Assembly: GCA_009859145.1 (NCBI GenBank)
Contig: VRVR01000024.1
Location: forward strand, 265,408 to 329,407
Source: Andalucia godoyi And28
Taxonomy: Eukaryota; Protista; Jakobida
Direction of reading: 5' to 3'
DNA: 64,000 bases
This document shows, one piece after another, positions 61,726 through 64,000 of the stretch. The first letter of the stretch is position 1. The number at the start of each line of letters is the position of its first letter. A program made the position numbers and the translations under genes. Under the pieces are notes generated by a model that was not told the origin of the DNA, did no database searches, and saw nothing but the letters and a program-made list of their open reading frames with translations.

Positions 61726-63795
61726 ATGTCGGGAAATTCCAGACACTTCATTGCAAGAATTGCAGCCGAATCCTTCAAGACGATTTACACCGAATGCTTC
61801 ATTCTTGCGTCGATCCTGCTGGGTGTTGTGACGCGGATGACGTTCAGCATAGCTTCCGTCGCGAATAAGATGAAGAGTTCCACGTTACATTCTCGTGGCA
61901 CTCCGGATGTTTCCGACGATTCTGCTGCGCTGAAATCTCCTGTTCTTCAGAAACGAGGTCGAAAATACAAGGAGAACGTCAGAAACCGATTTGATTTTAT
62001 TGCAAAAACTGTGCTGCATGAAGAAGGCGGCTCGTACAGTGGGAAATCTCCTGTGGCAAGCAAGGAAGCAAGGTCTCCGTATTTGTTTACTCCTACAGAT
62101 GCTCAACTGTCGCTCGACTACCAAACATCCATTGCCTCCAACTGGTTCAAGGCCTTTTGGATATATTTCCGCGCCGTGTTTTTGCGAAAGCGGCCCGTCT
62201 CGGGAGTGCAGGCAAGTGACTCTTTTATGGGCCCTTCTCCTCCCATCGTGCTTTCTTCGTCAAAATCCGATGTGGACATGCTTGTGCATGAACATGAAAA
62301 GGTTACTTCCGGTCTGCTGGAGGATGTGTCTACGCAGTGGATGATTTTTCTGGATGACATCGGTTCCGCGCTGTCTGACCTGATACGACTGAAGCCCTGC
62401 AGGGGCCTCCGTACGATGTTTCAATCTGCACAGCGTTTTCTCCCGGGGAGGTTGATCTCCAATGTGAATTTGGACATCTCCAGCATCCGAGACATCGTTC
62501 TCCGAGAGGGCTATGAGTTTGAATCGTACGATGTTACGACCGCGGATGGATATGTGTTGGAGCTTCACAGGCTACCTATGCGAAATTCCTCAAAGGTGCT
62601 GTATTTTCAACATGGCGTAATTGACGCCGCATACGCGTGGGTGGCAACAGGATCCATCAATTCTCTGGCTTTTCGGGCTCACGAGGCCGGTTGGGACGTT
62701 TGGCTTGGCAATCTCCGAGGAACGGGCAGCAGAAGGCATATTCGTGCCGATATTTCTCCAAAGGAGTACTGGGATTTCAACATCAACCACCATGCATTTC
62801 TTGATATTCGCGCCTTCATTGAGAAAATTGACAAGGTGAAGACTCGAGAGCTCAGTATTTCCCGTCGTCGATCTCGAAAATTGCCAGAATCAGTTGATGG
62901 GAAAACGCGAGTCCCAAAGTCCAAAACGGAATCCGCTGTTTCAAGAGCCGCACCCGTGTCCAGTCACTTTAATCATCAGATTTTTGCGGTCGCACATTCA
63001 ATGGGAGCCGCAGCTCTGCAAATGTACGTCGTACATTCTCGTCTTCGTGGAATCCCACATCATCTCTCTGGTATGGTGCTTCTAAGCCCAGCAGGGTATC
63101 ATGCAACCCATCCCTCCATTTTGCGAATTCTGGGTCCGATATTTGACGTGTTGACAAAATTTTTCTATGCGTTTCGTTTTCCATCGGACTTTTGGAGGAT
63201 TCTTGCTGCAAAAGTTACGCAAGATGTTCGTAATCATCCAGGGGCCCGCCAACTCATGGCATTTCTAACGTCGAAATTTCTCCTTGGCGGAGGCGATGAC
63301 GCATCTCGAGCCGCCATCATGACGGTTCACAACCTTGCCTACAACACCCTGAACGGGACCTCTACGGGTGTGTATCGCCATTTTCGACAGTTGGCCACTT
63401 CCAAACATTTTCAGACTTTTGATTACGGTGCCCGAAGAAATCTTGCAGAGTATGGGTCCACAAAACCAATCGACATTCTGGCAAACTACCACAGCATTGA
63501 CATTCCAGTTGCGTATGGCTGCGGTGCCAAAGATACGCTGATTCCTGCATCAATGGTGCTCGTGCAGTTTGAAAAGCTGAAAATGTACCGTCCAGATCTG
63601 GCTCACTGGAAATGTTTTCCCAACGCAGGCCATGTTGATTTTACGCTCCGCGTTGATGACGATAAATTTCGTTTGTTTTGCAAACAGTGGATTCGTTCTA
63701 CAACAAATACGCAACAAAGCACAAAACGTCCGGATAACGACCATGTAACGCATTCTATTGAGCCATATGTTTCCACCGCCTTTTCCCGAGCGTGA
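61726..63795 (+). CDS. Alpha/beta-hydrolase lipase (acid lipase/AB-hydrolase-associated lipase family)
   Basis: GYEFESYDVTTADGYVLELHRLP, YFQHG, WDVWLGNLRG, YWDFNI, nucleophile VAHSMG, GAKDTL, GHVDF. Confidence 0.9.
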   Translation: MSGNSRHFIARIAAESFKTIYTECFILASILLGVVTRMTFSIASVANKMKSSTLHSRGTPDVSDDSAALKSPVLQKRGRKYKENVRNRFDFIAKTVLHEEGGSYSGKSPVASKEARSPYLFTPTDAQLSLDYQTSIASNWFKAFWIYFRAVFLRKRPVSGVQASDSFMGPSPPIVLSSSKSDVDMLVHEHEKVTSGLLEDVSTQWMIFLDDIGSALSDLIRLKPCRGLRTMFQSAQRFLPGRLISNVNLDISSIRDIVLREGYEFESYDVTTADGYVLELHRLPMRNSSKVLYFQHGVIDAAYAWVATGSINSLAFRAHEAGWDVWLGNLRGTGSRRHIRADISPKEYWDFNINHHAFLDIRAFIEKIDKVKTRELSISRRRSRKLPESVDGKTRVPKSKTESAVSRAAPVSSHFNHQIFAVAHSMGAAALQMYVVHSRLRGIPHHLSGMVLLSPAGYHATHPSILRILGPIFDVLTKFFYAFRFPSDFWRILAAKVTQDVRNHPGARQLMAFLTSKFLLGGGDDASRAAIMTVHNLAYNTLNGTSTGVYRHFRQLATSKHFQTFDYGARRNLAEYGSTKPIDILANYHSIDIPVAYGCGAKDTLIPASMVLVQFEKLKMYRPDLAHWKCFPNAGHVDFTLRVDDDKFRLFCKQWIRSTTNTQQSTKRPDNDHVTHSIEPYVSTAFSRA

Positions 63796-64000
63796 AGTGA
63801 CAGTGCCATTGATACAGAAATTTCAGTTTTTCGTTCTTTAACTTATTGTCATACGATTGTTTTATCATGATGAACGGAAGGAAGGATCGTATTCCGAAGT
63901 GGACTATCTGGACAAATACAGAAAATGGTCCACAGCACTATTTCGGAGATAATGCTGGGGACTGGTAGAGTCGCGGACGGCGAGCAGTCCGGTACACAAA

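Noticed and set aside
1-64000. CRISPR arrays, rRNA/tRNA genes, and the many short alternative-frame ORFs in the track
   Set aside because: No repeat-spacer array or recognisable tRNA/rRNA was seen; the short ORFs overlap well-supported genes in other frames or strands.

Overview
Gene-dense, apparently intron-free eukaryotic DNA from a flagellated protist. The taxon cannot be fixed from sequence alone; the intron-poor, roughly 50% GC genes with short AT-rich spacers suggest a jakobid/discoban-like genome, but that is a guess. About 25 ordinary genes are present: outer-arm dynein heavy and intermediate chains, a PI-PLC-X protein, a Munc13-like protein, two CHD remodellers, PARP, USE1, mitochondrial Lon, LSM7, a SET protein, two nucleotide-sugar transporters, a lipase and a large FN3 surface protein. 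The main result is missing from the ORF track. A 587-bp element (9433-10019, minus strand) splits a bacterial-type ankyrin gene exactly in frame. It is an internally deleted Fanzor2/TnpB (OMEGA) element: an NLS-like leader and the N-terminal RAVRLKMHPSQEQRVTLRKW motif are fused to the RuvC-III motif IDRDW-NGARSIYLK. A hairpin-rich, pseudoknot-capable omegaRNA-like right end follows, and a CCG candidate TAM sits at the left flank. A decayed IS607-type serine-recombinase gene (about 34956-35268) and a possible second right-end relic (about 29150-29330) point to an IS607-Fanzor2 family in this genome.
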